Assembly (NCBI GenBank): GCA_045649545.1
Contig: JAZRQE010000043.1
Coordinates: 476-64,475 of the forward strand
From: Acutalibacteraceae bacterium
GTDB lineage: Bacteria > Bacillota > Clostridia > Oscillospirales > Acutalibacteraceae
DNA length: 64,000 bases
Reading direction: 5' to 3'
Shown here: positions 8,908 to 19,344 of the stretch, piece by piece
Layout: each line of letters begins with the position of its first letter
Numbering within the stretch: the stretch's first letter is position 1
Notes under the pieces: model-generated
Database searches by the model: none
Told to the model about the DNA's origin: nothing
The model's input: the letters and a program-made list of their open reading frames with translations, nothing else
Program-made: the position numbers and the translations under genes

Positions 8908-9379
8908 AGTCGAAATCGTTGTTTTGACCGGGGGTTTCTGTGAGGTACTGCCGGTGCAGGTCTAAAAAATCTATTTCCGGGTCACAAATGCTTTCAAGAG
9001 AAGACTCATTATTTTCAGTTTGGCGGTCAAAATAATTATGCAATGCTTTTTCATAAGCGGCGTGTTTTAAAAGGTTTCCCGTAAACTCTTTGTTGTGGGT
9101 GTGTGTAAAGGCATCGCAAATATAATGCACAAGTTTACCAAGCTCGAAAGCATTAAGTTGCTTGTGTTTTAATTTTTGGATTTCGGATAAAATATAATCT
9201 TTGCGATTGTCCCAGTTGTGGCCGAAAAAGGGTTTTATTTTAAATGATTTCAGGTAAGAAAACGGGTTATAATCCGGCAAAACAGAGCCCAAAATAAATA
9301 AAAAGCGGTCAAATCGGCTGTTTGAAAAATATCGGTTTGAAAGAGCTTTAGCGTATTTTAAATGCGTATCGGTTTTCAT
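8819..9379 (-). CDS. Zinc-dependent phospholipase C-like family protein
   Basis: 186 aa. LGSVLPDYNPF and HYICDAFTHTHN histidine/aspartate motifs. AAAGGAG RBS. Confidence 0.5.
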   Translation of the reverse strand: MKTDTHLKYAKALSNRYFSNSRFDRFLFILGSVLPDYNPFSYLKSFKIKPFFGHNWDNRKDYILSEIQKLKHKQLNAFELGKLVHYICDAFTHTHNKEFTGNLLKHAAYEKALHNYFDRQTENNESSLESICDPEIDFLDLHRQYLTETPGQNNDFDFIETAVQYVLRHGIPHDRKPQTMPTNKAL

Positions 9380-9458
9380 TTTTTACTCCTTTAGTGAACT
9401 TTACTAAAGGAATTTTGTGTAGTATTTATTAAATTATTTCATTCGGAGGTCTATTAGG

Positions 9459-10172
9459 GTGTTTTATATTGATTGGTCTTATATAATTTTGGTAATGCCG
9501 TTTGTTATTCTTTCAATGCTTGCCAGTGCGAAGGTTAATTCTTCTTTTAAAAAGTATTCAGAAGTTTATTCGCGTCGCGGACTTACCGCTGCCGAGGCGG
9601 CAAGAAGAGTTTTGCAGGATAACGGCGTTTTAGGTGTAAATATTGAGCGTGTGAAAGGTCATTTGACCGACCATTTTGACCCCAAAGCTAATACAATCAG
9701 GCTTTCGGAAAACGTTTATGACAGTACCTCGGTTGCCTCAATCGGTGTTGCCTGTCACGAGGCAGGTCACGCTGTTCAGCACGCGGTAGGGTATTTGCCG
9801 GTTAAAATTCGCACTGCCATTGTTCCGATAACCAATATCGGCTCAAAGTTGTCGATTCCGCTAGTGCTGTTGGGAATAATTCTTTCGTCATTCGGTGCTC
9901 AATACAGCATAATCGCATATATAGGTGTTGCACTTTTTGCGTTGTGTGTTGTATTCCAGTTGGTCACCTTGCCGACCGAATTTAACGCAAGCCGTAGGGC
10001 TTTAAGGGCGATAACTGATGGCGGTATTTTGTATGAAGACGAGGCAATAGGTGCTAAAAAAGTGTTAACTGCCGCCGCTATGACCTATGTTGCCGCATTA
10101 GCGGTTACCGTAATGCAGTTATTAAGACTGTTTTTACTTGTTGCAGGCTCGCAACAGCGTCGCAGAAGATAG
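9459..10172 (+). CDS. Putative neutral zinc metallopeptidase (YugP-like membrane protein)
   Basis: 237 aa. GTG start with GGAGG upstream. HEAGHAVQH zinc motif. TM helices at both ends. Confidence 0.75.
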   Translation: MFYIDWSYIILVMPFVILSMLASAKVNSSFKKYSEVYSRRGLTAAEAARRVLQDNGVLGVNIERVKGHLTDHFDPKANTIRLSENVYDSTSVASIGVACHEAGHAVQHAVGYLPVKIRTAIVPITNIGSKLSIPLVLLGIILSSFGAQYSIIAYIGVALFALCVVFQLVTLPTEFNASRRALRAITDGGILYEDEAIGAKKVLTAAAMTYVAALAVTVMQLLRLFLLVAGSQQRRRR

Positions 10173-10196
10173 TTTGTGCAGTTTATATTGAATATG

Positions 10197-10246
10197 AAAA
10201 CCCGCGGTTGAACAATTGCTCAACTGCGGGTTTGTTTTGTTTTTTT
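10197..10246. terminator. Bidirectional intrinsic terminator
   Basis: Stem CCCGCGGTTGA (10201-10211) / TCAACTGCGGG (10220-10230), flanked by an A-run and a T-run, between convergent genes. Confidence 0.8.
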
Positions 10247-10252
10247 ATGATT

Positions 10253-11608
10253 TTATTTTTCTTCTGTAGTTTCCAAGTTTTCGGGCAAACGTTCTACGGT
10301 TATACGGACAATTCGGCGTTCATCCATTTCGGCAACCGTAAAGGAGTAGCCGCCGTATTCAACTGTTGGGTGCTCATAGGCTTCGGGAACGCGTCCTAAA
10401 ACCGACATCAAATAACCTGCAACGGTTTCGTATTCACCCTCGGGCAGTTCGATATCTAAAAGTTCGTCAACCTCGGAAACAGCCGACATACCGTCAATAT
10501 TAAACTTGTCCTCGCTGATTTTCTGGATTTCTTCTTCCTCGTCGTCAAATTCGTCCTGAATGTTGCCGACAATCGACTCGATTAAATCTTCAACCGTAAC
10601 AATACCGGCAACGCCGCCGTATTCATCGGCAACGATAACCATCTGTAAATGCTTTTCAATCATTTCGGTGAGCAGGTCACTGCACTTTTTGGTTTCGGGG
10701 ATAAACATAGCCTCACGCATAAGGTCGGCAGGTTTTAATTTTGCGGGAATTTTAGTGCCGACATACTGTAAAAGGTCTTTAACATAGAGGATACCCTTAA
10801 TGTTATCCAACTCGTCCTCGTAAACCGGCAGTCTTGAGCAACCGGCATCAATGGCTTTAGCAATAACTTCCGCGATAGGCTCGCTGACTTCGGCGGCAGT
10901 GAGGTATGTACGGTGTGTCATAACCTCGGCAGCGGTAAGTTCACCGAATTCGAAAATGTTGTTAATCATTTCTTTTTCGATTTCTTCTAAAACGCCGGAT
11001 TCCTCGCCCTCGTCAACCATTGAAAGAATTTCGTCTTCGGTTACGGGTGCTTCATCAACGTGTGGGTCACCGCCGAAAATTTTAACTAAAATTCTTGCAA
11101 TTGTTGAGGTTAAAGCTGTCACAGGCAGAACAACGGTTTTTATGAATAATAAGAATCCCGATACATTTGCGGCGATTTTGTCAGGATTTTGTTTCCCTAA
11201 TCTTCTTGGCAGCATAAAACCGAACACTGTAAACAGCACGGCAGTTGCAACTGCGGCAATAAGACTCGGCAGTAATACTGTTGTGCTGACTAAGGAGATA
11301 CTGCTTGTATTAGAAATTGTCGGTAATATATATTTCGTAAAAGCGAAAAGTAGGGCAGAGCCAAGCCCAAAAATCAAGCAAAGTGTTGTAGTGGTACTTG
11401 CGGTGTCGGTCGGTTTCGGTCTGCGGTCAATCAGTCGGCTTAAACGTTTGGCCTTTTTATTGCCGTCTTCCGCCAAATCGCGAATTTTCTTCTCGTTAAC
11501 CTCTTGCAATGCAGAGGTTCCTAAGGTCACAAGAAAACATACAATGACCGATAAAACAAAAATCAATACTAGAATCATCGCGGTAGTATCAGGTTCGGGG
11601 TCGTCCAT
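10253..11608 (-). CDS. Hemolysin-family protein (CNNM/DUF21 TM domain + CBS pair + CorC_HlyC)
   Basis: 451 aa. N-terminal TM region, CBS pair (AEVMTHRT...VVDEYGG) and a CorC-type C-terminal domain. Confidence 0.85.
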   Translation of the reverse strand: MDDPEPDTTAMILVLIFVLSVIVCFLVTLGTSALQEVNEKKIRDLAEDGNKKAKRLSRLIDRRPKPTDTASTTTTLCLIFGLGSALLFAFTKYILPTISNTSSISLVSTTVLLPSLIAAVATAVLFTVFGFMLPRRLGKQNPDKIAANVSGFLLFIKTVVLPVTALTSTIARILVKIFGGDPHVDEAPVTEDEILSMVDEGEESGVLEEIEKEMINNIFEFGELTAAEVMTHRTYLTAAEVSEPIAEVIAKAIDAGCSRLPVYEDELDNIKGILYVKDLLQYVGTKIPAKLKPADLMREAMFIPETKKCSDLLTEMIEKHLQMVIVADEYGGVAGIVTVEDLIESIVGNIQDEFDDEEEEIQKISEDKFNIDGMSAVSEVDELLDIELPEGEYETVAGYLMSVLGRVPEAYEHPTVEYGGYSFTVAEMDERRIVRITVERLPENLETTEEK

Positions 11609-11901
11609 TTTATATTCTCCAATTCAAAATAATATTTTTTTTAGAGAGTAAATATACTCTCACAAGTATATATATTATACATTAAATGCCAGTTTGTCAA
11701 TGAATATCGTAATTTAAGGGAATTTCCGGCGATTATTTTTATAATTTAGCATAAAAAACTCTTTATTATTTCGCTTTGTTATGGTACAATTACCACATAT
11801 ATTTATCTAATGTTAATTGAATGTTTACAATTTAACAGACGCCATTTGATAAAATATAAAATTGGAAAAACAAAACTTATATGTTTGGAGGAAAAACATA
11901 A

Positions 11902-12951
11902 ATGATAGAAGTTAAAAATCTCTCCAAGAAATACGGTTCTCACGTTGCGGTAAACGATGTCAGTTTTACTGTTAACGACGGTGAGATTTTAGGTTTCTTG
12001 GGACCTAACGGTGCCGGTAAGAGTACCACGATGAACATCGTCACCGGATATCTGTCGGCAACCTCCGGCAGTGTTGCTATTGATGGATACGATATTTTGG
12101 AAAATCCGAATGAAGCCAAGATGCGTATTGGCTATCTTCCTGAACAGCCGCCGCTTTACCTTGATATGACGGTTAAGGAGTATTTGAGCTTTATTTTCGA
12201 CCTTAAAAAGGTTAAATTTCCCAAAGGTCCTCATATTGATGAAATCTGCAGGTTGGTTAAAATTGACCACGTTAAGGGCAGACTTATTAAAAACCTTTCC
12301 AAAGGTTACCGTCAGCGTGTGGGCATCGCCCAAGCCTTGGTGGGCAACCCTGATGTTTTGATTTTGGACGAGCCTACCGTTGGTCTTGACCCCAAGCAGA
12401 TTATTGAAATCCGTACCCTTATTACCGAACTTGGTAAAAATCACACTGTTATTTTAAGTTCGCATATTTTGTCTGAAATTCAGGCGGTTTGTGAGCGTGT
12501 TATCGTTATTAACCACGGTAAGATTATTGCCGATGATACACCGGGCAATCTTTCCAAGACCTTGTCTGACGACCATACTTTGACAGTCCGTATCGGCGGA
12601 CCGAGAACCGAGGTTTTGAAGACCTTGGCAACCATTCCGGGTGTTAAAAACGTCACCTGCACCGGTATGCAGGAGAAGAACTCTAATGATTTTATAATTG
12701 AGCCGGATGGAAACACCGATGTCCGTCGCAGCATTTTCAACCGCTTGGCTGAAAGAAACTGGCCGTTGATGCTTATGCAGTCTAATGAATTGAGTCTTGA
12801 GCAAATATTCTTAAGACTGACCGAGATGTCGGACGAAGAACAGCAAAAGCTTTTCGGCAAAAGGGCAGACAAGGTTGCTGAGGACACAGTAGATGAGGCT
12901 GCCGAGACACCTGAAGTTTCAGAAGAAATTACCGAAGGGGAGGAAAAGTAA
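11902..12951 (+). CDS. ABC transporter ATP-binding protein (ABC-2/GldA-like) with acidic C-terminal tail
   Basis: Walker A GPNGAGKST, signature LSKGYRQR, Walker B LILDEP. GGAGG RBS. Confidence 0.9.
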   Translation: MIEVKNLSKKYGSHVAVNDVSFTVNDGEILGFLGPNGAGKSTTMNIVTGYLSATSGSVAIDGYDILENPNEAKMRIGYLPEQPPLYLDMTVKEYLSFIFDLKKVKFPKGPHIDEICRLVKIDHVKGRLIKNLSKGYRQRVGIAQALVGNPDVLILDEPTVGLDPKQIIEIRTLITELGKNHTVILSSHILSEIQAVCERVIVINHGKIIADDTPGNLSKTLSDDHTLTVRIGGPRTEVLKTLATIPGVKNVTCTGMQEKNSNDFIIEPDGNTDVRRSIFNRLAERNWPLMLMQSNELSLEQIFLRLTEMSDEEQQKLFGKRADKVAEDTVDEAAETPEVSEEITEGEEK

Positions 12952-13662
12952 ATGGTTGCTATTTTTAAAAGAGAATTCAAGTCGTTTTTCACTACCCCTA
13001 TCGGATATGTGTTCTTGGCTTTGATGATGTTTGCTCAAGGTATGAGCTTTGCAGAGGTTTATTCTCACGGCAGTGCTGATATTGGTTACATATTCAGTAC
13101 ATTCTTGTCATTTACCGCAATTTTCTTGCTTATCCCCGTTCTTACCATGAGAACTATGAGTGAGGACCGCAGGCAAAAGGTTGACCAAGTGCTTATTACT
13201 TCGCCGGTAAGTCTTTATGCAATCGTTTTCGGTAAGTTTTTCGCAACGCTTGCAATATTTATGATGGGCTACTCGATGACTTTGGTTTATCAGATTATTA
13301 TCGCCTTCCAGGGTGTTACCGTTAACTGGCTTATTTATATCGGTAATATTTTAGGTGTTTTGCTCATCGGTTCGGCTTTAATTGCGTTAGGTGTGTTTAT
13401 TTCGTCCTTAACCGAAAGTCAGCTTGTTGCCGCAGTTGGTAGTTTCGCCGCTTCAATAATGCTTTATCTTATGGACTCTATTGCAGAAAGCATCGGCGTA
13501 AGCTGGGTTACTAAAGTGGTTGAATGGATTTCGTTCATTGGCCGTTACAGTGCATTTGCACAAGGCGTTATCGATTATTCCAATGCCGTGTTCTTTATCG
13601 GCTTTACCGCAATTTTCATATTCTTAACAGTGCGTGTCCTTGATAAACGCCGTTATTCTTAA
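12952..13662 (+). CDS. ABC-2 type permease (GldF-like)
   Basis: 236 aa, 6 TM helices. The start codon directly follows the ATPase stop. Confidence 0.7.
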   Translation: MVAIFKREFKSFFTTPIGYVFLALMMFAQGMSFAEVYSHGSADIGYIFSTFLSFTAIFLLIPVLTMRTMSEDRRQKVDQVLITSPVSLYAIVFGKFFATLAIFMMGYSMTLVYQIIIAFQGVTVNWLIYIGNILGVLLIGSALIALGVFISSLTESQLVAAVGSFAASIMLYLMDSIAESIGVSWVTKVVEWISFIGRYSAFAQGVIDYSNAVFFIGFTAIFIFLTVRVLDKRRYS

Positions 13663-13679
13663 GAGAGGGGTGTATTTTA

Positions 13680-15383
13680 ATGTTTAAAAAAGAAAAGTTG
13701 ACAGAAAAAACAAACAAACTCAAAAATACAATCGCTCTTAAAAGAAACGTTTACGCAGTTGTGTTGTCGGTGATATTTATTGCCGTTGTTATCGGTCTTA
13801 CAGCACTTTCAACCGTTTTGGCTGACCGTTATCCGTTAGAAATTGACCTTACTGCTGACAAGCAGCATAGTATCAGTGATAAGAACTTTGAGTATATCAG
13901 CAGTGTTGAGGAAAAAATCAACGTTTACATCGCTTGTACAGAGGCACAGTATTTGAGCCAAACAAGTACAACTGCCGATATGGGTTATTTTGCCGCAAAA
14001 GAGTATTTTGTTGATTATAATGCAAATAATATGGTATATTTCACCCAAACCGTTGAGCTTTTGAAAAAATATCAAAGTTATAACAGTAATATTAGTGTAA
14101 AGTTCATTGATATTTATGACGCAAAAACCCGTGAAATTACCGACAACTTCTCTGATTTTGAGTATCAAACCGGAGATATTTTGGTTGAAACTACCTTTAA
14201 GTTGGGCGGTAAGGATGTTACCCGCCGTGCAGTAGTACCTTTTAAAGATATTTATACACTTGAGGATACAAGTGGCAATGCCGATTATCTTACAGGCGAC
14301 GGTCAAATGTATCAGATGTACGGTTATACCGCTACTGCAGGTGCCGGTTACGGATACTTTATTACCGAAAACAAAATAGAGGCTGCAATTTCCTCGGCTA
14401 TATATCGTGTAACATCTGCCAAAACTCCGCTTTTCTTGGTACCTACTACTATCAGCAGTGATAAAATTTTAACCGAAGCTTTAGAGAAGGTTTTACAGGT
14501 TAATAACATTGATATTGAGTTTAGTGATAAACTTTTATCAACCGTTTTAATTCCTGAAAATTATGATAAATATGCCGGCATCATTCTTGCAGACTGTAAG
14601 TCCGACATATCGGTTGCTGATCGTGAATTAATAGAAAACTTCCTTAATAATAACGGCAAAAAGCAAAAAGCTCTCTACTATTTTGCCGGAACAAATACTA
14701 CGTCGTTAAAGAATCTTTGCGGTTTGCTTGGCGACTGGGGTATCGGATTCGACGAGGGCATTTTGTATGAGACTGATAGTAGCTTCCACGCAAGCGAGGA
14801 TAACACTCAGCTTATTATGGAAGTTGTTGAAACCGAATATACTCCAAGCAGTAGTGACTTGGGTAAATACTGTGTTGCAAAAAATATAGTTCATGTAAAA
14901 CAGCTTTGGCCCACCAGTACCACTGCAACCTATACCCGTACTGCCGAGGTAATCATGCGTACGGCAAGTATGGGCTATACAACACTCATGCCGTTAGGCG
15001 TTGATATTAAGGATTGGAAACCGGCTGAAAATGCTGAAAAGTTCAAATTTGCTACAGCGATTTTCTCTCATGATGACGACGTTTATGAAAAGAATTATGT
15101 AAGCAGTTATATTGTTGCTTTTGGTTCTGCTGAAATGATTTCCGGCAATTACAATCAAAACAGTGTGGCTAATATGGACATCACTCTTACTACCTTTAAA
15201 CAGGTCGTTGGTACTGCCGATTCGGCGTTTAGTTTTGTTCCAAAAACCATTAAGGTTGAGGATTACTACGATAAGGTTAACCAAAAGAAGGTTGACGTTA
15301 TGAAGTGGATATTCATGGCAGCCGTTCCTATTGCTATAGTCGTATTAGGCACTGTTGTTTGGATTAGGAGAAAGAGTAAATGA
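13680..15383 (+). CDS. GldG-like ABC-transporter auxiliary component
   Basis: 567 aa. N- and C-terminal TM anchors around a large external domain. Its position after the ABC-2 permease matches the GldA/F/G architecture. Confidence 0.5.
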   Translation: MFKKEKLTEKTNKLKNTIALKRNVYAVVLSVIFIAVVIGLTALSTVLADRYPLEIDLTADKQHSISDKNFEYISSVEEKINVYIACTEAQYLSQTSTTADMGYFAAKEYFVDYNANNMVYFTQTVELLKKYQSYNSNISVKFIDIYDAKTREITDNFSDFEYQTGDILVETTFKLGGKDVTRRAVVPFKDIYTLEDTSGNADYLTGDGQMYQMYGYTATAGAGYGYFITENKIEAAISSAIYRVTSAKTPLFLVPTTISSDKILTEALEKVLQVNNIDIEFSDKLLSTVLIPENYDKYAGIILADCKSDISVADRELIENFLNNNGKKQKALYYFAGTNTTSLKNLCGLLGDWGIGFDEGILYETDSSFHASEDNTQLIMEVVETEYTPSSSDLGKYCVAKNIVHVKQLWPTSTTATYTRTAEVIMRTASMGYTTLMPLGVDIKDWKPAENAEKFKFATAIFSHDDDVYEKNYVSSYIVAFGSAEMISGNYNQNSVANMDITLTTFKQVVGTADSAFSFVPKTIKVEDYYDKVNQKKVDVMKWIFMAAVPIAIVVLGTVVWIRRKSK

Positions 15384-17197
15384 TGAATTCCTTTGAAAAG
15401 GATAAATTGAATGAGGCAGAATCTTCTGTTGAGCCTAACAAGGCGGAAGTGCCGTCAATTGACAGCGAACCTCAGTCAACTATTTTTGTAAAACACGTTT
15501 ATGACACCAAAAAACCTGCCAAGAAAGGAAACTTTATACGCATTTTGATTTGCGTCATTGCGGCGGTGCTTTGCGGTGCCATAATTGGAAGTATATTTTT
15601 AGTTGAAAAATTACTTCCAACTGAAAATTCAAGCTCGAACAATTCGGTTGCCGAGGAAGAAGAGTTTGATATTTTAAAATTCAAAGATATTGTTAAATCT
15701 TCATACGTAACCATAAAAGGCGAAAAGGTTGAGGTTGAAACCAATATCGAATCGGTTAGTTACGTTAATGTCTTGGATGAATTTGTTTGCTTGCCGGTTT
15801 ATGTAAAGAATGAGAAAAAAGAAGACACCGCTTCTGCTGATTCTTCCGGTACTTCCTCAAGCACGACTTCTTCGAGCAGTAAAAAAACCTACCTTTATGA
15901 TACCCAGTGGCGTGTGGACGGTTTGGACACCAAACTTACAATGTCTGACTCTATTGGATTGAAGATTCAGGACAGTCTTGAGATTAAGGGCTTCCGTGAG
16001 ATGGAAAACACCTTCTCAAGCGTTGAAGAATACCACGAGTATTACGGTATTACGGATAGTCTTAATGCAGGTTGCATTATTAAATTCAATGACGGCACCG
16101 AAACTTTGACTATTAAGGTCGGAAGTTCTGTTGCAGGCGGTGACGCATACTACTTTGTGACCAGTCTTTCAGACACTATTTATGTCGTAAAGGCTGAATA
16201 TGCAGAGGTTTTTATGTGTACCACAAAGACCTTTGCTGAACCGACCATTATTGAGGCAATCAGCAAAACTGATGATAATAAATCATATTTTAATGAGAGC
16301 ACCAACAAATTAGCAAGATTTGACAGCATCAAGATTTCCGGTGATGTTTTTGGCGGAAAGACTTATGCGTTTAAGATGGCGACAGGTGCTTCGGCGGATT
16401 ATATGCCGTATATGATGACCACACCGTATAAGCGTCCTGCCGACACTGCTTTTATAACAAATATTATTAATTTTGCTAATAACGGATTAGAAGCAGTTGC
16501 TATGTATTCATACACATCGACCGACAAGGAAAAGGAAACCTATAACCTTAAAAATCCTAAAGGTGTGATTGAGTTTAAGGTAGGCAAGTATACTTATACG
16601 TTGACAATCGGCGGTGTAGTAGGTAAGGATACCGATACTCAGTGTATGACCGTTATGGCTAACGGTAAAAACCAGATTTTCGGTGTGGCAGTAGACAGCT
16701 TTAACTTCCTTATAGAAGCATCAAATGATATTACCAAGATGTTTAATGCCGGCTTTATACTGGAGGACCTTTACTCTATCAAGAGTGTGGAAATGGCGGA
16801 TAAAACAGGCAAATATAAGTTTGATTTAAAGCACAATCTTCGTGAGGGCGAAACCGATGTTTACGATACGGTTGTTAAAAAAGGTTCTACCGAGATGAAC
16901 ACTAAATCGTTTAAACTTATTTATCAGCGTGTGTTAATGCTGTCTCTTACCGAGTATGTTTTAGAGGCAGAATATACAGAACCTGTTTTCAGCGTCAAGT
17001 TTAATTTTATAGAGGGCGGAAGCAAGTTGGTTGAATTTACTGAAAGCCCGGATGATATGTATCATTACACAGCTTGGCTTGACGGCACACCGTTAGGTGA
17101 AGTCATTAAATCCAGCGTAACTGATATTGAAAAGTGCCTTGAGATTTATCTCTCGGGCGGTGAAGTCCCTGATACCTGGGATAAGGTTGAAGGCTGA
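15380..17197 (+). CDS. DUF4340-like membrane-anchored protein
   Basis: 605 aa. Single N-terminal TM, Ser-rich linker, beta-rich repeats. 4-nt overlap with the GldG-like gene. This is the usual partner in such operons. Confidence 0.45.
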   Translation: MMNSFEKDKLNEAESSVEPNKAEVPSIDSEPQSTIFVKHVYDTKKPAKKGNFIRILICVIAAVLCGAIIGSIFLVEKLLPTENSSSNNSVAEEEEFDILKFKDIVKSSYVTIKGEKVEVETNIESVSYVNVLDEFVCLPVYVKNEKKEDTASADSSGTSSSTTSSSSKKTYLYDTQWRVDGLDTKLTMSDSIGLKIQDSLEIKGFREMENTFSSVEEYHEYYGITDSLNAGCIIKFNDGTETLTIKVGSSVAGGDAYYFVTSLSDTIYVVKAEYAEVFMCTTKTFAEPTIIEAISKTDDNKSYFNESTNKLARFDSIKISGDVFGGKTYAFKMATGASADYMPYMMTTPYKRPADTAFITNIINFANNGLEAVAMYSYTSTDKEKETYNLKNPKGVIEFKVGKYTYTLTIGGVVGKDTDTQCMTVMANGKNQIFGVAVDSFNFLIEASNDITKMFNAGFILEDLYSIKSVEMADKTGKYKFDLKHNLREGETDVYDTVVKKGSTEMNTKSFKLIYQRVLMLSLTEYVLEAEYTEPVFSVKFNFIEGGSKLVEFTESPDDMYHYTAWLDGTPLGEVIKSSVTDIEKCLEIYLSGGEVPDTWDKVEG

Positions 17198-17208
17198 TAA
17201 AACAAAAA

Positions 17209-17239
17209 ACTCCACTTGGAATACCAAGTGGAGTTTTTC
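17209..17239. terminator. Bidirectional intrinsic terminator
   Basis: ACTCCACTTGG-AATA-CCAAGTGGAGT flanked by A6 and T5. Confidence 0.85.
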
Positions 17240-17257
17240 GTTGCTTGTTTTTAACGG

Positions 17258-19261
17258 TTATTTTTTACCGAACACATGCTTGTAATAATTATTGTCGAAA
17301 ATTGCTTTTGACATTTTAAAGCGGTTAGCAACCAAATCCTTAACCTGCTTAACGTAAACATCCTGTTCCTCTTTTGAGGCAAAACTCTGACCTTCGTGTA
17401 AAGTAAATTCTTTGGTTTTAGCGTTGTATTTACCTTTACTTGAAACGAATGAGCGGTCATGAAGCTGGGCTACACAGTCGGTGGTTGACATTATGTCAGT
17501 TCCGATAAGCAATCTTGAATCATATTGGATTCCAAAAAGATTGAGTATGGTCGGTAAAACGTCTACGGTTGAGCAAGGCTTGTCAACTGTGGGAGCGTTT
17601 TTAGTGCCTTGGCAGTAAAGTAAGAAAACGCTTTCATACAGTTCAAAGGTGGTTTCAACGTCGTGGCCTAAAAACTCTCTCCAAACTGAATACTTATCGT
17701 CGCCATCTTGCTCTAATCCATAAGGGTGGTGGTCGGGAGTGATAGTGATAACGGTTTTGTCGGCAACACCGGCAGCGTTAAGGTCCTTTAACAACTGCTC
17801 CATAGCACGGTCAAGTTCAATGTTGCAGGCGTAATAGGCTTTCATTGCATCAGAACAGTCAAGATGCTTTACCAAATCCTTGTTTTTGTTGCACATACTG
17901 TTGCCTGAAAAACTGTATTGATAATGTCCGCTAACTGTCATATAGTATGCATGGAATCGCTCATTATCACTCAAATAGTCCTTGGTTGAGCCGGTTATCA
18001 TTTCAAGGTCGGACTCAGGCCATCTTTTCTTAACATACTTCTCCAAACCGTTGCCCATACCGAGATATGTATAACCCATATTAGGATGGGAAAGATGGCG
18101 GTTATAGTAGTTATAAGTGTGGTTGTGGTAAGCGAATGTTTTATCAACGCCGATACTTTGGAAGATATTACCTAATGTATAAGGGTAATAGTTTGAGCCC
18201 GAAAGTTTAAGTCCCATACTGTTTGCCGGTAAAAGTCCGGTACAAGCAGCATACTCACCGGCTGATGTTGAACCGAGCCATGGGGTATAGAAATTGGTGA
18301 ACTTAAAACCGTCCTGATACATTTTGTAAAGTGTAGGAGTAAGTTCGGGATGAATAGCGTAGTGAGAAAATCCTTCAGCCGTAATGGTTATAAGATTATA
18401 TCCTTCATACATTCCGGTGTAATGGTTTTTAAGGGTGGGTTGCTTTTGGCTGAAATATTCATTTAAAGTTTTTAACTGCTTACTGCTTGCACTTTCGCTC
18501 AAAGCAGTAAAATCAATATCGATAACATTCGGCGAAGTGTCAATAGGCTCTGTGTTTTCGGTCGGGGGAGGGGTAGGGGTTACGGTATCTATAAGATTTG
18601 GGTCTTCGGTATTAATATCAATATCTTGTTCAACACCAAGTATATTATACTTGAAATCGAGCGTTTCGGTACGCAAAAGACCGAATTTATTTACACCGAA
18701 ATTCACAGTAAAGTCACCCGACTGAACTGAAGAAAGATTGCCCGACAGTGAAATTATAAGTGTAATTGCAATGTGCAAGCATACTGCAGCGACTCCAAGA
18801 AGTGCCACGCCCTGCCATTTCATTCTACGGTATTTAAGCCTTTTAAAACCGAACAAAATGTAAACAACCAACGGAACAGATAAAAGGATAATTGCAGGCA
18901 AACCGCTTAAAATCGCATTAAAGGTGTTACCTATGATTCCGCCTTCTGTAATTTGTCCGATACCGCCGGCTACGATTGAAGTTAATTCGAAATAATAACT
19001 AAAGACCTTATAATAAATTAGTTGTGATGCATAAAGTAAGGTTAAAAATGCTAAAATGCCGGTGGTTATATGCTTGGCAATATGTTGCTTTACCCTTGAA
19101 AAAATGCAGGACAATATAAGAGCCGAAACCATTGAAAAAACGGGCATTATTAAAAGACCGATATCAAAGAATGTGTGGCTGGTAAAAGCCTTTAATATCA
19201 GTTCTAAATATACTATTGCAAGAAATAAGAACCAAAACGTACTGTATTTTTTTACTTTCAT
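17258..19261 (-). CDS. LTA synthase family (sulfatase-domain) membrane protein
   Basis: 667 aa. Five N-terminal TM helices, a Pro/Thr linker and an alkaline-phosphatase/sulfatase-like ectodomain. Confidence 0.7.
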   Translation of the reverse strand: MKVKKYSTFWFLFLAIVYLELILKAFTSHTFFDIGLLIMPVFSMVSALILSCIFSRVKQHIAKHITTGILAFLTLLYASQLIYYKVFSYYFELTSIVAGGIGQITEGGIIGNTFNAILSGLPAIILLSVPLVVYILFGFKRLKYRRMKWQGVALLGVAAVCLHIAITLIISLSGNLSSVQSGDFTVNFGVNKFGLLRTETLDFKYNILGVEQDIDINTEDPNLIDTVTPTPPPTENTEPIDTSPNVIDIDFTALSESASSKQLKTLNEYFSQKQPTLKNHYTGMYEGYNLITITAEGFSHYAIHPELTPTLYKMYQDGFKFTNFYTPWLGSTSAGEYAACTGLLPANSMGLKLSGSNYYPYTLGNIFQSIGVDKTFAYHNHTYNYYNRHLSHPNMGYTYLGMGNGLEKYVKKRWPESDLEMITGSTKDYLSDNERFHAYYMTVSGHYQYSFSGNSMCNKNKDLVKHLDCSDAMKAYYACNIELDRAMEQLLKDLNAAGVADKTVITITPDHHPYGLEQDGDDKYSVWREFLGHDVETTFELYESVFLLYCQGTKNAPTVDKPCSTVDVLPTILNLFGIQYDSRLLIGTDIMSTTDCVAQLHDRSFVSSKGKYNAKTKEFTLHEGQSFASKEEQDVYVKQVKDLVANRFKMSKAIFDNNYYKHVFGKK

Positions 19262-19344
19262 TTATATCACCCAAAAACAGTTTATCACGAATGTTAAAAA
19301 AGTCAACATTTTTTGAAAAATATATTTATTTGTATATTCTGGGA

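Noticed and set aside
10851-11651. Long antisense shadow ORFs inside real genes: 266 aa opposite the CorC-like gene, and others at 12480-12992, 35412-36044, 46435-47046, 3259-3858 and 53253-53687
   Set aside because: The opposite-strand proteins carry clear family motifs. These frames give Ser/Pro/Ile-rich low-complexity products without RBSs.
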